A DNA stretch of 64,000 nucleotides from Amoebidium appalachense (GCA_963693365.1 CAVNZM010000005.1:9342334-9406333); one strand, 5' to 3'; positions 44,531 to 56,353 are shown, counted from the first letter of the stretch. The notes: generated from the sequence alone by a model not told the origin. A program made the numbers and translations.

Positions 44531-46505
44531 TTAGGGCATGACATAGGCGCAGACGTCTGGGCTGTTGCAGCCGGGCTGTGTCTGGCACCAGGAGTCGGGG
44601 ATGTTGGCCACCAGAGCCTTACACACGGGCTGGGGGGCGTTGGGGTCGACAATTTTGCAGTAGCCAACATTCACTTCGCAGCCGTTGGCCCGGCACCACT
44701 CGTTGCTGATATTGCTGACCAGCGACACACACACCATGCCGCCGGATGTGGTGCTGGTCGTGGTGGGGGTGGCAACGCTTGTGGTGGTGGTGGTGGCAGT
44801 ACTAGAGGTGGTGGTAGCTGGGCGAGTAGTGGTGGTCGTGGTGGTAGGTGCTTTGGTGGTGGTGGTGGTTGGTGCCTTAGTGGTGGTGTTGGTAATGGTG
44901 TTGGTGGTTGTGATGGTGGTGGTAGGTGCTTTGGTGGTGGTGGTGGTTGTGGGGGCAGGGGTGGGCGAAGCAGTAGTTGTTGTTGTTGCGTTTGCCAGCA
45001 GGGCCTTGGCCACGGAGGAGATCAGCGGGTAGCCGTTGGCAAAGTCGTCCAAGTCCAGCGCCCAGAACATGGCCCCGCGGAACCCGCTGGCCTTGAGGTG
45101 CCCGACCTTGGCTGCCAGCGTGCCCACCGTGTCGTAGCCCACCCACACGTTGCCGGCCTGCACCACCGCCGAGAATGTCTGCTGCATGTCCTCGCACTGC
45201 ACGGCCCCGGGCTGCGCCGCCAAGGCCTTGATCTCGTAGTAGGCCAGGAACCCGGCCTCCCTGGTCACCGGACCGCTGGGCGCGGGATTGACCGTGTTTG
45301 CAAGCATGCTGCAGGGCTTGCCGGCGGACGCCGCCGGGTTGGCCAAGGTGAATGCGCGGCCGTACGTGCCCATGCCCATGAGCAGTTTGTCGGCCGGCAC
45401 CCCGGCAGCCCACGTGGCCATGCTGCGCTGCACCGAGAACTCGTCGGGGTTGGGCGCATCGACGGGGTAGAGCTGCGTGTGGCCGCGGGTTTGGCTCTCC
45501 CACGAGCCATACAGGTCGTAGGACATGACGCCCACCCAGTCCACATACTGCGCGATCTGGGCCACCTCGTACTTGGTGTTGACCTGCGTGTGCCCCGCAT
45601 AGACGGCAATGCCCACTAGAAGGGGTGCCTTGCCCGTGGCCTGGGCCTCTGCGGCAATGCGCTGGCGCAGAACCTGCAGCAGGAGGGTGAAGTTGATGCG
45701 GTCGGCGGCCTCGGGGTACTCCCAGTCAATGTCCATCCCGTCAAACCTGTGCTGCCGCACAAACGCAATCACGTTGTTGGCAAAAGCAAGCCGGGATGCG
45801 GGGGTTGCAGCTGCATCGTTGAAGATGCGAGTGTCGTGGCTGAAATTCCACCCACCGAGTCTGTTGAGGTGAAATGGTTGTGTTAGTGACAGCAAATAGT
45901 ATTTATGGACAGAAAATGCGTTGGGAGGCAACGACATAAGACTCATTTCATTGCGTCAGTGAAAACTTGGCACGTGGTCGCAAACTGAATGATCGAAATA
46001 AATGCCATATAAGAGAAAGAGGACATCAAAGAATGTGTTTAGAAGGTGGGGCGTGTACAGGCCGTGGTGGGGTGGGGGCAGGCGGGAAGGGAGGGGAGGA
46101 GAACGAAAAGAGGGGGAAGGGGGAGGGGGAGGCTTACGAAATGACGGTCTTGATGCTGGGATTTTGGGCCCTGACGTGCTTGTGGAAGCGAACGTACATG
46201 CCGTCCGTGTAGTCGAGCACGTCGTTCCACTCGTACGGCAGAATTTGGTACGTGCCGTGCTCGATCTTTGCAAACGCATACGCCAAATGGGTGAGCAGGC
46301 GGGCGTCAATATTTTCGGGGAAGAACTTGTAGCCCTCTGGGCGGTACTGGGCCCAGTTCGTGTAGTAGCCCAACACCATCTTGCTGGCGGTGTTGGAGGT
46401 TTGGATGGTCCGGATGATGGTGCTTGCAGCGCCAGTGGTTGTCGTGATGGTGGTGGCCAAGGCAGACCCAAAAAAGGCCAACAGCGATAGAGCGAACATC
46501 GCCAT
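44531..46505 (-). CDS. Secreted GH18 chitinase with Thr-rich linker and C-terminal Cys-rich module; exons 46505-46138 and 45860-44531
   Basis: Signal peptide; GYYTNWAQYRP; THLAYAFA; SLGGWNF across the phase-2 intron; intact catalytic FDGMDIDWEYP; VMSYDLYGSW; GFLAYYEI; GAMFWALDLDDF. Confidence 0.95.
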
Positions 46506-47659
46506 GCTGGTGTTAGCGACGGAGAAGCAATATAGGGCTAGTGCAAAGCGATCAAGGTCAGAGAAGGTGAGCCTGAACTTGTGTGCTTTCAAGTCCTGTT
46601 GGAGTGTTCATATACGCGTGTGGATGCCGTGGAATGCGGTGAGGCACCAGTGCTGAACCAATAGCGGAGAACAGCCAATCATAATGCGGAGATGACACAT
46701 TCCTCGGGAATTGATAACAGCGTACAAGCGTTCACATTTATACACGTACACATCTCGCTTTTTCCTGTTTTATATACCTAAATTATCACAGGCAACTACA
46801 AAAATAAACCCCTTTGATTGCAAAAACCACAGAATATGACGTTCCTGCGTGGGCGCCTGGGCGAGTAGTGTGCGGGCGCCGGGCGACTGTCCGCGGGGCC
46901 TGGGCGGCGGGGACGGTCCCCGCCGTCCCGGCCCGGGCACAGAATGTATAAGAATCCGATCTGATTGGCTGTGCTGTGAGCCTGCGAGCAGCTTACTCAT
47001 GGACTTTCTAATGCTTTCTAATATTTCTATGAACATAGTCTGAAGCCTATTGCTATGGCCTGCACGTGTGGTGATTTTAGGCGAATAAGCTCTTATTAAA
47101 TATTTTTCATCAATGCGCCTTCGAAAATTGCATAGCAAGACATTGTCGGAAAAGAGTAATCTTAGCATAGAGTCATGCCATTACTTCGACCACGACTAAG
47201 ATGCGCCCAAAGCAGTTACATCACTTCGTAGCAATAAAAGCGTGAAGCAGAAAAAAAATGTACCTTAAAAAGAATTGTTTAATGTTTTTAACGTATAATC
47301 GGTTATATATCATTTTTAGAACAGCTGGAGATGATTTCTGAACATCAGATCATTCTTTTTGCAAGATCTTGAAGTGCATGGGTAACTGTGGAAGTGGCAT
47401 CCTGATGGAATTTCCGCAGTCTGGGTACAGTACAGTATGTAGCCCCATACCAAATTAGATAAAACGAAATGGCATCGCATTCTTCTGCAGATCATGAGAT
47501 GGGACTCAATAACGCCATTAGACACTCAGGCTCCTATTGTTTTTGATCTATTTCCCCCCTGAAAAATTTAAAAATATTGAGAAAAACAAGTGATTCATTA
47601 CTGGTGTCAATCTGAAAAGAAAAGGGCTGATATAAAGATATCTTTAAAAACTGATCACT

Positions 47660-50600
47660 GGAACGCTTGGTCACGTCCTTAGGAATGTGATTGGTGCACA
47701 CCCTTTGTTTGTGTGCAATATAATTGGTCGTTCTAAAGAAACTTTCGATTACCCGTGCTACTATTGGCTCCCCGGAGGTGCCTCACCAAAGCCGCAAGGT
47801 ATTAAACCCTCCCAGTATGACCTTGCCGGAGGCAAGACTTCCCCTCACTCCCGTCGTGGCTCCCCGAGGTGACCGAGACAAAGAGAAGCAGAAATGCAAG
47901 TCAGTGAGGAATTTTATTATTGATTTTAGCCCTAATAAATAATATCAGTATCTGATCAGAAAACCCCCAAAACCCCCGGATAAACCCCCTAAACCCCAGA
48001 ACACCGTGTGTGTGTGCACACGTGTGTGTGTGTGTATGTGTGTGTGTTTGTGTGTGTATGATAGGCTATTGAAGGAACAGCACTTCCAGCACACAATGGC
48101 CGAAAGAACCCCTTCATCTATCCAAACCTACCCTACTTGTTTTTATTTTGTGATTGTGTCTTTTAAATAATGTGTGTTGGGTGTGTGTGTAGAAGCCTGT
48201 AGCTGCTAATCGTGCGTAATCATGTGTGGCCTACGGGCCAAGGATTTTGCCTGGGCTGACAGATGAGCGGGCATTAGAATTGCCAGGAGCATGGCCTTGT
48301 TCGTGTCAATGTAGTGGTTGAAAGGCGTCGTGAAAGTACGCCACCGACCATTGATACGAATTTGCTCATAGTCCTCCCCTCTGAGTGCTGCTGTGGAGGC
48401 TGCCCCGTGCCGTGTGCTGTACAATGAGAAGTCGCTATCCAGGCCCACAGCCGTCAGACTCTGTTGCATACGAGTTGCTACCAGCGATGGTGTGTACCCA
48501 GGATGAAACAGAGGGTCGGATGGGCGGGAGCCATGGGGAAATGCACCCACTGCCATGAGCTTCTGCAGCAAATGCAAGCACACTGGATCACGGATCACCA
48601 CCATCTGATGATTGCCCGTTTTGGACCGTGGAAGAAGCAACACTGCACTGCCCGCTGGAGCATTGATTTCAATCAACCGTGGATCATTCGGAGGAATGAA
48701 GTCTGCCACCGTGCGCCGCGAGAGCTCCCCCGGCCGGGTGTAGGTTGCGAATGACATACACAGATAGAGTGCTACGTGCGGCATCTTGTATTCCCACAGA
48801 GCCGACACTGCCAAAATCATGTAGTCGTAGGGGAGTGGTCTGTGGTGATTGGTCGGGTTAGCATGGTCCCACCCCCTTAGGACCCTGGCCGACAGAACCA
48901 AGGAGTCCTTGCACTGGGGATAGAAATGGTGGATGGCTGACAGCACCGTCTTGCAGTGGGCGAGCCCGCTGCGGGTCTCCCCCAACTCTTCGTACATGTC
49001 AGCTGCATAGCTCGCAAGCACGTTATCCACCTGCTCTACCGACTGGAAGGTGCTCACCCCATCTTCCACACACCACGCTACGAATTTGTTCAAGGCGTTG
49101 TCGTATTTCGCCACTGTGGGAGCCGTGACATTGAGATTGAGCATATGCGTGATTTTTGCAGAGGGGACGACGTCACGTGACGGCATGTCTGCTGGATTGT
49201 GGGCAGAAGGGACCCACACCCACGCCGGTCGAAGTGCGGCTGCACACACAAGTGCTGCCACCCGCCGGCACAGATGATTTAGCCGTCGTGAACTCGATCT
49301 ACCCTTGGCCACCGCAAACAATAAAGATGTGTTGTCGATGAGATGAGCTACTCTGGTGCCGTGATTTTGTGGTGCTCGCGTGAAACGTCGTAGTGATAAT
49401 AGCAGCGCGTGCCCCTCGAGGATGGTGATGTGATCTTCGTGCCGCCACGGAGTAGATATCGGATGGTGCCACTGCAGACCGTCAACTACTTTCAGAAAAG
49501 AGTCGTCGGTCGTGGGGTGGTTCGTGCTGTCGTTACATTCATCGGCCGAAAGGGCGTTAATCACGAGCTCACCGGTGTCGTCCACAGGCCCCAAGAAGGA
49601 ATAACCGGGTCTGGACACCGACTGTGCTAATGCCGTCAACGATTGCTCAGCCGTAACGGACGCAATAGAAACACCTGCTCCCTTGGTGGACGCATCTGAT
49701 GCCAACAGAAGAGAGGCGGGAGCAGCCGTCAAATCACACACAATGAGAGGTGCCAAATCCACCAACAGGGCCAACTCCCCCTTGACTGCAGAGGGGATTG
49801 GGCATGCCGTTAGTGGACATTGGCCGGCTGACAACGCAAACTGATAACTCGCCTCTAACACAGAAAATAAAGCTCTATTCAAAAGCAACAACCACGCCCA
49901 GCCCCCAAGCAAACGAGATAACGCCCGTGGAGCCACCTCCCGCATGAACAGAACCGCCTTTGTGTCGGCTAGTAGCCGCGCCAACCGTGATGCATCCGGT
50001 CGAATAACACCGTCCCGTCCAATAGCCAACCCGAGTGCTACGGTCTCCGGGTGGTCTCGTGACGCCGTGACCGTTTTGGACGGTTTTATTTCGAATCCGT
50101 GTGTCTCTCCAGCGCGCCCGGCTGCCGTCATCTCGGAATTTACAGTAGATTCCTCCAACCCAACCCCCACCCAATCATCCACGTAGATCAAGTGTGCCGT
50201 ATCCGATTGGTCGGTAATGGAATGTGCCGGTGAAGAATTCGATTGGATGCATCGTTCGATACGTAAAGGCGGGTGCGTGATGTGCTGGTGAGAACGTTGG
50301 GCGACAAACGGTGCCCATTTCCAGCCCATCGGCATAGACAACACCCGCGGATACACCAACCTATCGACACCCGGCAGTCCCACTGCTGAAGACGAAACCG
50401 GCGGAAGCCCTTGGTACCAAGACAGCCAGTCTGGCACCCGAAAACGGTGGTAGAAATTCGAAAAATCGTACTTGGCCACCACCACCGCTGCGTCCTTCGG
50501 AACAATGATACTACACAAATCTGCCGGACTGGGAAAATTCGGATTGGGCGGGTCTATCATGACTGCATTCATGGGGCGAGCATCCATGATAAGACGGTCT

Positions 50601-51800
50601 TCCTTCTCATCTTTCTCCACCGCAAATAAACCATTGATAATCTTTGGGGGCTCCGAAATTTCTGAAAAAGCAACCATACCACAAACATACATACGCTTAG
50701 CCAATATAGGCCACTCCGCAGGCGACGCAAATGCATGGACAGGACGCCCGGGCAAAGGGTGGGCTCCTTCAGCACCCTCAGTGGTGCTCTCAGTTGCCAA
50801 CACGCCCCCAAGCCCGCAAACTCCGTGACCGTTCGGCTGTCCGACCGCGTCACCCGTGCGATTTGACGCCACCACCAACACGTTTGGCTTCTCCATCATC
50901 TCCTTGAGGTCAGGTGGAAGGACCTCTAGGAGCGGAACTGTTGCCCCAAACCCCTCAGGAGGAAGGGCAATACGCTCAGCAACTATGGGGGTGAAGGCTT
51001 TTGAGTGATTGAAATATGGGAAAGATTCAGACACAGCCGCTAAGGGGACATTGCTGATCCTGCGGCGCATATCCGCGCAAAAAACGAAAATTCGCTGAAT
51101 GGATTGTGTCTGTGCCGGTGAGGGTGCATGAGAAAAGTGCGTGGATTTAGGAAAAGGCGTGGGAAAAAAGTGTGTGCTGGTAGGAGGGGAAAATGTTGAA
51201 AAGTGTGTGTGATTCTGGGAAGAGGTGTCGTGCATGTTGTGCCAAACATCGTTTCTAGGAGATTCTACCGAGCCAGGTGGCCCATTATACAACGTGTTGA
51301 TTGCAGCTATGGTTCTATTAACCAACTTTAACACAGCAAATCTCTTGTTGAACCTCCCACGTCTTCTTGGAGAGGACAACCTAACACCATTAAGCAACAG
51401 CGGGACTACAAAAAGGGGAAGTGGAAGTAAATCATTAGACACATGGGGAAACAAGCCTGGTTCAGCCGCGCCCGTGACGCCCTCACCAGGGGTACTAACA
51501 TGGGGGGCTACGGGCTCACCGGTGTACCACTTCCGAGGGAAAGAACCAAACTCAGCTGGTTCCGTGGCAGCTGTGTTCGGGAACGAAGGCTGTGGACCGT
51601 GGCCTCCCCCTGCCTCAGCTGGGCAGCTGCGGGAGGCGCAGGGGGGTACGAATCTGTGGAAGCTGGGCCTAGGCATCCTTGTTGCCATCGAACGGTCCAT
51701 CCACACACACGCGCGCCACCGTGACACCCCCCGCACCTCCCCACAGGGGGAGGCCGTGTGTTTACACCGAGCTCGACTACCTAGTAGAGACCGTGCATTG
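47660..51800 (-). mobile_element. Tyrosine-recombinase (DIRS-order) retrotransposon; boundaries approximate
   Basis: The RT-RNaseH-YR combination defines the order. I could not identify terminal repeats, so the limits are estimates. Confidence 0.7.
48206..51736 (-). CDS. Single-ORF polyprotein: reverse transcriptase + RNase H + tyrosine recombinase (first ATG is 12 codons inside the GTG-initiated ORF)
   Basis: RT: NGLFAVEK..RLIMDARPMN, KYDFSNFYHRF, SMPMGWKWAP, IYVDD (50185-50174). RNase H: LASDAS, HITILEG, LIDN, WVPSAHNPADMPSR. YR: TVAKYDNALNKFVAWC, TYTRPGEL, LPRSKT, YSTRHGAAS, GRWRT...HYID. No stop, frameshift or intron in 1176 codons. Confidence 0.93.
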   Translation of the reverse strand: MRGVSRWRACVWMDRSMATRMPRPSFHRFVPPCASRSCPAEAGGGHGPQPSFPNTAATEPAEFGSFPRKWYTGEPVAPHVSTPGEGVTGAAEPGLFPHVSNDLLPLPLFVVPLLLNGVRLSSPRRRGRFNKRFAVLKLVNRTIAAINTLYNGPPGSVESPRNDVWHNMHDTSSQNHTHFSTFSPPTSTHFFPTPFPKSTHFSHAPSPAQTQSIQRIFVFCADMRRRISNVPLAAVSESFPYFNHSKAFTPIVAERIALPPEGFGATVPLLEVLPPDLKEMMEKPNVLVVASNRTGDAVGQPNGHGVCGLGGVLATESTTEGAEGAHPLPGRPVHAFASPAEWPILAKRMYVCGMVAFSEISEPPKIINGLFAVEKDEKEDRLIMDARPMNAVMIDPPNPNFPSPADLCSIIVPKDAAVVVAKYDFSNFYHRFRVPDWLSWYQGLPPVSSSAVGLPGVDRLVYPRVLSMPMGWKWAPFVAQRSHQHITHPPLRIERCIQSNSSPAHSITDQSDTAHLIYVDDWVGVGLEESTVNSEMTAAGRAGETHGFEIKPSKTVTASRDHPETVALGLAIGRDGVIRPDASRLARLLADTKAVLFMREVAPRALSRLLGGWAWLLLLNRALFSVLEASYQFALSAGQCPLTACPIPSAVKGELALLVDLAPLIVCDLTAAPASLLLASDASTKGAGVSIASVTAEQSLTALAQSVSRPGYSFLGPVDDTGELVINALSADECNDSTNHPTTDDSFLKVVDGLQWHHPISTPWRHEDHITILEGHALLLSLRRFTRAPQNHGTRVAHLIDNTSLLFAVAKGRSSSRRLNHLCRRVAALVCAAALRPAWVWVPSAHNPADMPSRDVVPSAKITHMLNLNVTAPTVAKYDNALNKFVAWCVEDGVSTFQSVEQVDNVLASYAADMYEELGETRSGLAHCKTVLSAIHHFYPQCKDSLVLSARVLRGWDHANPTNHHRPLPYDYMILAVSALWEYKMPHVALYLCMSFATYTRPGELSRRTVADFIPPNDPRLIEINAPAGSAVLLLPRSKTGNHQMVVIRDPVCLHLLQKLMAVGAFPHGSRPSDPLFHPGYTPSLVATRMQQSLTAVGLDSDFSLYSTRHGAASTAALRGEDYEQIRINGRWRTFTTPFNHYIDTNKAMLLAILMPAHLSAQAKSLARRPHMITHD

Positions 51801-52834
51801 ACTCACAATGTCGTATATAAGAGAGTTCTGCTCGGGAAGAAGAGAGGCTCACTTGCCCATGTCAAGGAAAGCAGAGCACGTATTTGTAATGCTTGGAGTT
51901 CAGAAAGTTCACTGTGACTGTATAGGCAGAGAGACAGACAAATTTACGTAGTTTTTCACTCTACAAGACTCCTCAGCGCTAGCGAGCTAATCAGCATACT
52001 GAAGGGAAAAGACAAATGTAAAAGTCGTATTAATATCTAGAGCGAAAAAAGGAACCTTGAAAATGAGGAGAACGAGCTGGTTAACGTTGAGTTGCCAGAA
52101 TTCGTGTGACAATTGCAGAAATCAACAGAAAAAAGGACAGCTAGCTAAGGCAACTAGTTTGTGCGCTTTTACACTAGCACCACCAAACTTAGTTCAACCA
52201 ACTAACTCTACAAATCCCTTTTACCTCTGATGCCAGACACTCACACAAACGCTAAAACGAAAACCAAAGAGAAAGCAAGAGCAACCCGTAAGGCACCAAC
52301 TAATCAGACTGAGGTCTCAGCTTCTGCCCCTTTACACAAGGTGCCACCAAACCAAGAAAACACCCAAACAGCCTAATTATTACCTTATCACGTTGCTCCC
52401 TCGCCTTTTTTCTTTTCACCTACACACTAGCTCTAAAAACAAGAACTGAACGAACGACGCCCACAGCCAGCTCTACAAAGCTGGTGCGCGGCTCACTCAC
52501 ATTTTTAGAACAGTGGAAAAGCCACCAATCATATCACCTATCTACTGATAACAGCGGATCACTTCATAACTATACCTGATCTATATCCAATCACTAAAGA
52601 TACATACGACTGAGCTTAACATTCTACCCGTTAGGGCCAATCAGCTTGCACCGCTATGTAGCCGTTACCGCCGACTGACCGAACACGTGTCATCTCTCAC
52701 CGCTGCCTCCTCCCGCTCGAGAACAACAGACAGCTCGCATACTTTTCACTTGGCTTCGCTGAGCTTGATCACAACTCCAATCAAATCGCAGTTCGCTTAG
52801 GCAGCATTTTGCTTTCTCCTTCGCAAACACCGGC

Positions 52835-54863
52835 ATGGCGATGTTCGCTCTATCACTGTTGGCCCTTTGTGGGTCTGCCTTGGCCACCACCATCACGACA
52901 ACCAATGACGCTGCAAGCACCATCATCCCGACCACCCAAACCTCCAACACCGCCAGCAAGATGGTGTTGGGCTACTACACGAACTGGGCCCAGTACCGCC
53001 CAGAGGGCCACAAGTTTTTCCCCGAGAATATTAACGCCCGTCTGTTCACCCATTTGGCGTATGCGTTTGCAAAGACGAGCCCGGCACGTACCAGATTCTG
53101 CCGTACGAGTGGAACGACGTGCTCGACTACACGGACGGCATGTACGTCCGCTTCCACAAGCACGTCAGGGCCCAAAATCCCAGCATCAAGACCGTCATTT
53201 CGTAAGTCCCCCCTTCCCCTTCGAATTCCTCTCTTCCCCTCCCCCTTCCACCCCCCTCTACCCCCTCCCCCAAACCCTCTCACATCTTAACACCATTACA
53301 CCACCACCACAGTGTCACACCACGAGTCATTTACATGAATATTCACCTTTTTTGGGTCATTCGCGATCTGCACGGCAGATAAATTCTTTTGTTGACGGCA
53401 AATGGCTCATTGGCAAATCAACTACTAACAGTAATGCAATGGGATCTTGAGCTAATATGTCGACCCCCTTTCCTGACATGTACTTCTCCATAAATACTAT
53501 TTGCCGTCACGTGCTAACACAACCATTTCACCTCAACAGACTTGGTGGGTAGAATTTCAGTCACGACACTCGCATCTTCAACGAAGCAGCTGCAACCCCC
53601 GCATCCCGGCTTGCTTTTGCCAACAACGTGATTGCGTTTGTGCAGCAGCACAGGTTTGACGGGGTGGACATTGACTGGGAGTACCCCGAGGCCGCCGACC
53701 GCATCAACTTCACCCTCCTGCTGCAGGTTCTGCGCCAGCGCATTGCTGCGGAGGCCCAGGCCACGGGCAAGGCACCCCTCCTGGTGGGCATTGCATGCAT
53801 CTATGCGGGGCACACGCAGGTCAACACCAAGTACGAGGTGGCCCAGATCGCGCAGTATGTGGACTGGGTGGGCGTCATGTCCTATGACCTGTATGGCTCG
53901 TGGGAGAGCCAAACCCGCGGCCACACGCAGCTCTACCCCGTCGATGCGTCCAACCCCGACGAGTTCTCGGTGCAGCGCAGCATGGCCACGTGGGCTGCCG
54001 GGGTGCCGGCCGACAAACTGCTCATGGGCATGGGCACGTACGGCCGCGCATTCACCTTGGCCAACCCGGCGGCGTCCACCGGCAAGCCCTGCAGCATGCT
54101 TGCAAACACGGTCAATCCCGCGCCCAGCGGTCCGGTGACCAGGGAGGCCGGGTTCCTGGCCTACTACGAGATCAAGGCCTTGGCGGCGCAGCCCGGGGCC
54201 GTGCAGTGCGAGGACATGCAGCAGACATTCTCGGCGGTGGTGCGTGCCGGCAACGTGTGGGTGGGCTACGACACGGTGGGCACGCTGGCAGCCAAGGTCG
54301 GGCACCTTAAGGCCAGCGGGTTCCGTGGGGCCATGTTCTGGGCGCTGGACTTGGACGACTTTGCCAACGGCTACCCGCTGATCTCCTCCGTGGCCAAGGC
54401 CCTGCTGGTAAACACCACAACAACAACAACCACTGCTTCGTCCACCACTTCCCCCACAACCACCACCACCACCACCACCAGAGCACCAACCACCACCACC
54501 ACCACCACCACCACCAAAGCACCTACGTAGTATACGACCACCACCACCACTACCCGCCCAGCTACCACCACCTCTAGTACTGCCACCACCACCACGACAA
54601 GCGTTTTCACCCCCACTACCGCCACCCCCACCACGACCACCACCACATCCGGCAGCATGGTGTATGTGTCGCTGGTCAGCAATATCAGCAATGAGTGGTG
54701 CCGGGCCAACGGCTGCGAGGTGAACGTTGGCTACTGCAAAATGGTCGACCCCAACGCCCCCCAGCCCGTGTGCAAATCTCTGGTGGCCAACATCCCCGAC
54801 TCCTGGTGCCAGACCCAGCCCGGCTGCAACAGCCCAGGCGTCTGCGCCTATGTTTTGCCCTAA
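52835..54863 (+). pseudogene. GH18 chitinase pseudogene, inverted paralogue of 44531-46505; exons 52835-53201 and 53540-54863
   Basis: Near-identical to the left copy, but with a 1-nt deletion at 53075/53076 (AAGATCGAG to AAGACGAG), TGG to TAG at 53550-53552 in GGWNF, and TAG at 54528-54530 in the linker. Confidence 0.88.
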
Positions 54864-55559
54864 AAAGGGAATTATAATCTTAATGACCGATTACATTATA
54901 TAGCAGTGTTTAATATCATTGCACACACACAGTGATACATGTGCATGAATTGAGGCCAGTAGCTATATTGATTTTGAACGAAAAATCTCGGTGACATGTG
55001 TATGTACAACAAGAAAACAAAGTTTCCACGCTCGCTCGAAATCAAAGACGTATATGAAGCAGTCTAGGTATACCGAAAACGGCTCTGTGAGCTGTTCATC
55101 TACTAGTCATTCATTTTGTACTAGTAATGTCAGCCTGTTTTTTTAGGAGCAATTCTCTTGTGACCCTTTTCGAAAGTATTTAACATGCATGATACAGTAT
55201 ATACGTACTTGGCCACAAAAACTTTCAGTAAGATAAAAACTTCCTCGACCGCCTACAGCTGTACTGTATCCAATCCTCCCCCCTCAATTATCCACGTTGC
55301 TCCTTCTTCGTTGGTCAATCATGGCGTCGTAATTTTTTGTGTACTGTACAGTACGTATACTATATGGCTAACTCCATTTGAAGATATGATTGGATTCCCT
55401 ATAAAGGAATTCTAAATAAATGCCAACAGATACTCTACAATAGCCATCTTTTAGCTTTTTTAGTTACTTTTATGCCCCCCCCCCCCCCCCCCCCAACCTT
55501 CTTCTTCTCCCCAACAAGAGAAGAGAAAATAAGGGTGGGGGGGGGGGGGGGGGGGGGCA

Positions 55560-55697
55560 GGGGGGGGGAGGCTGAGTCACTGTGAGAGAGATGGAGAGAG
55601 AGGGGGGAGGGGAGGATGGGAAGGCCTCCATGGGAGGGGTACTAAGGGGGGCAAAAGAGGGCTGGGCGCAGGAGCCTGAGTGAGAGAGAAGGATAAA

Positions 55698-55728
<31 letters not shown>

Positions 55729-55980
55729 AAGAAGGCGGAAGGTGCCGGTGGGGGGAGGGGGAGGCCCCGGAGGGAGTGGGCGGGGTGGGAGGGGAGGGAG
55801 GGAGACGGAAAGAGGTCCCGGGTGGGGAGAAAGGGGGCCGGAGGGGGTGGGGGTGGGGGGGGGGGGGGGGGGGGGGGAAGGGGGGGTGTCAGGGCTTCCT
55901 TGTCCAGCTAAAGTTTATGAATCATGTGTTGATTCATCAAGGGCTTTAAACCAAACTAAAAGGCTTTCCTAGTCTCCCCT

Positions 55981-56016
<36 letters not shown>

Positions 56017-56276
56017 CCCCCCCTCCCCCCCTCCCCTCCCCTTCTCTCCCCCTCCTATCTCCCTCCTTCCCTCCCTCCCTCCCCCCTCCCTCCCCCCCGG
56101 GCCCCCCTCTCCTCTCTCTCTCCCATCCCCATCTTAATACCCCCCCCCCCCCCCTCCCTCCTCAACTCACACACACTGACATACACACACTGACACACAA
56201 ACACACATACACACTCTCACCCCCTCCCTCTCTCCCTCCCTCCCTCCCTCCCCTCTCTCTCTCTCTCTCTCTCTCT

Positions 56277-56353
<77 letters not shown>

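Noticed and set aside
47960-47997. Telomeric repeat
   Set aside because: Only four irregular C-tracts, not a regular telomere unit; kept only as a possible G-quadruplex.
51225-51917. 230-aa plus-strand ORF as an antisense gag
   Set aside because: No gag, capsid or zinc-knuckle features; it is most likely the shadow of the long minus-strand ORF.
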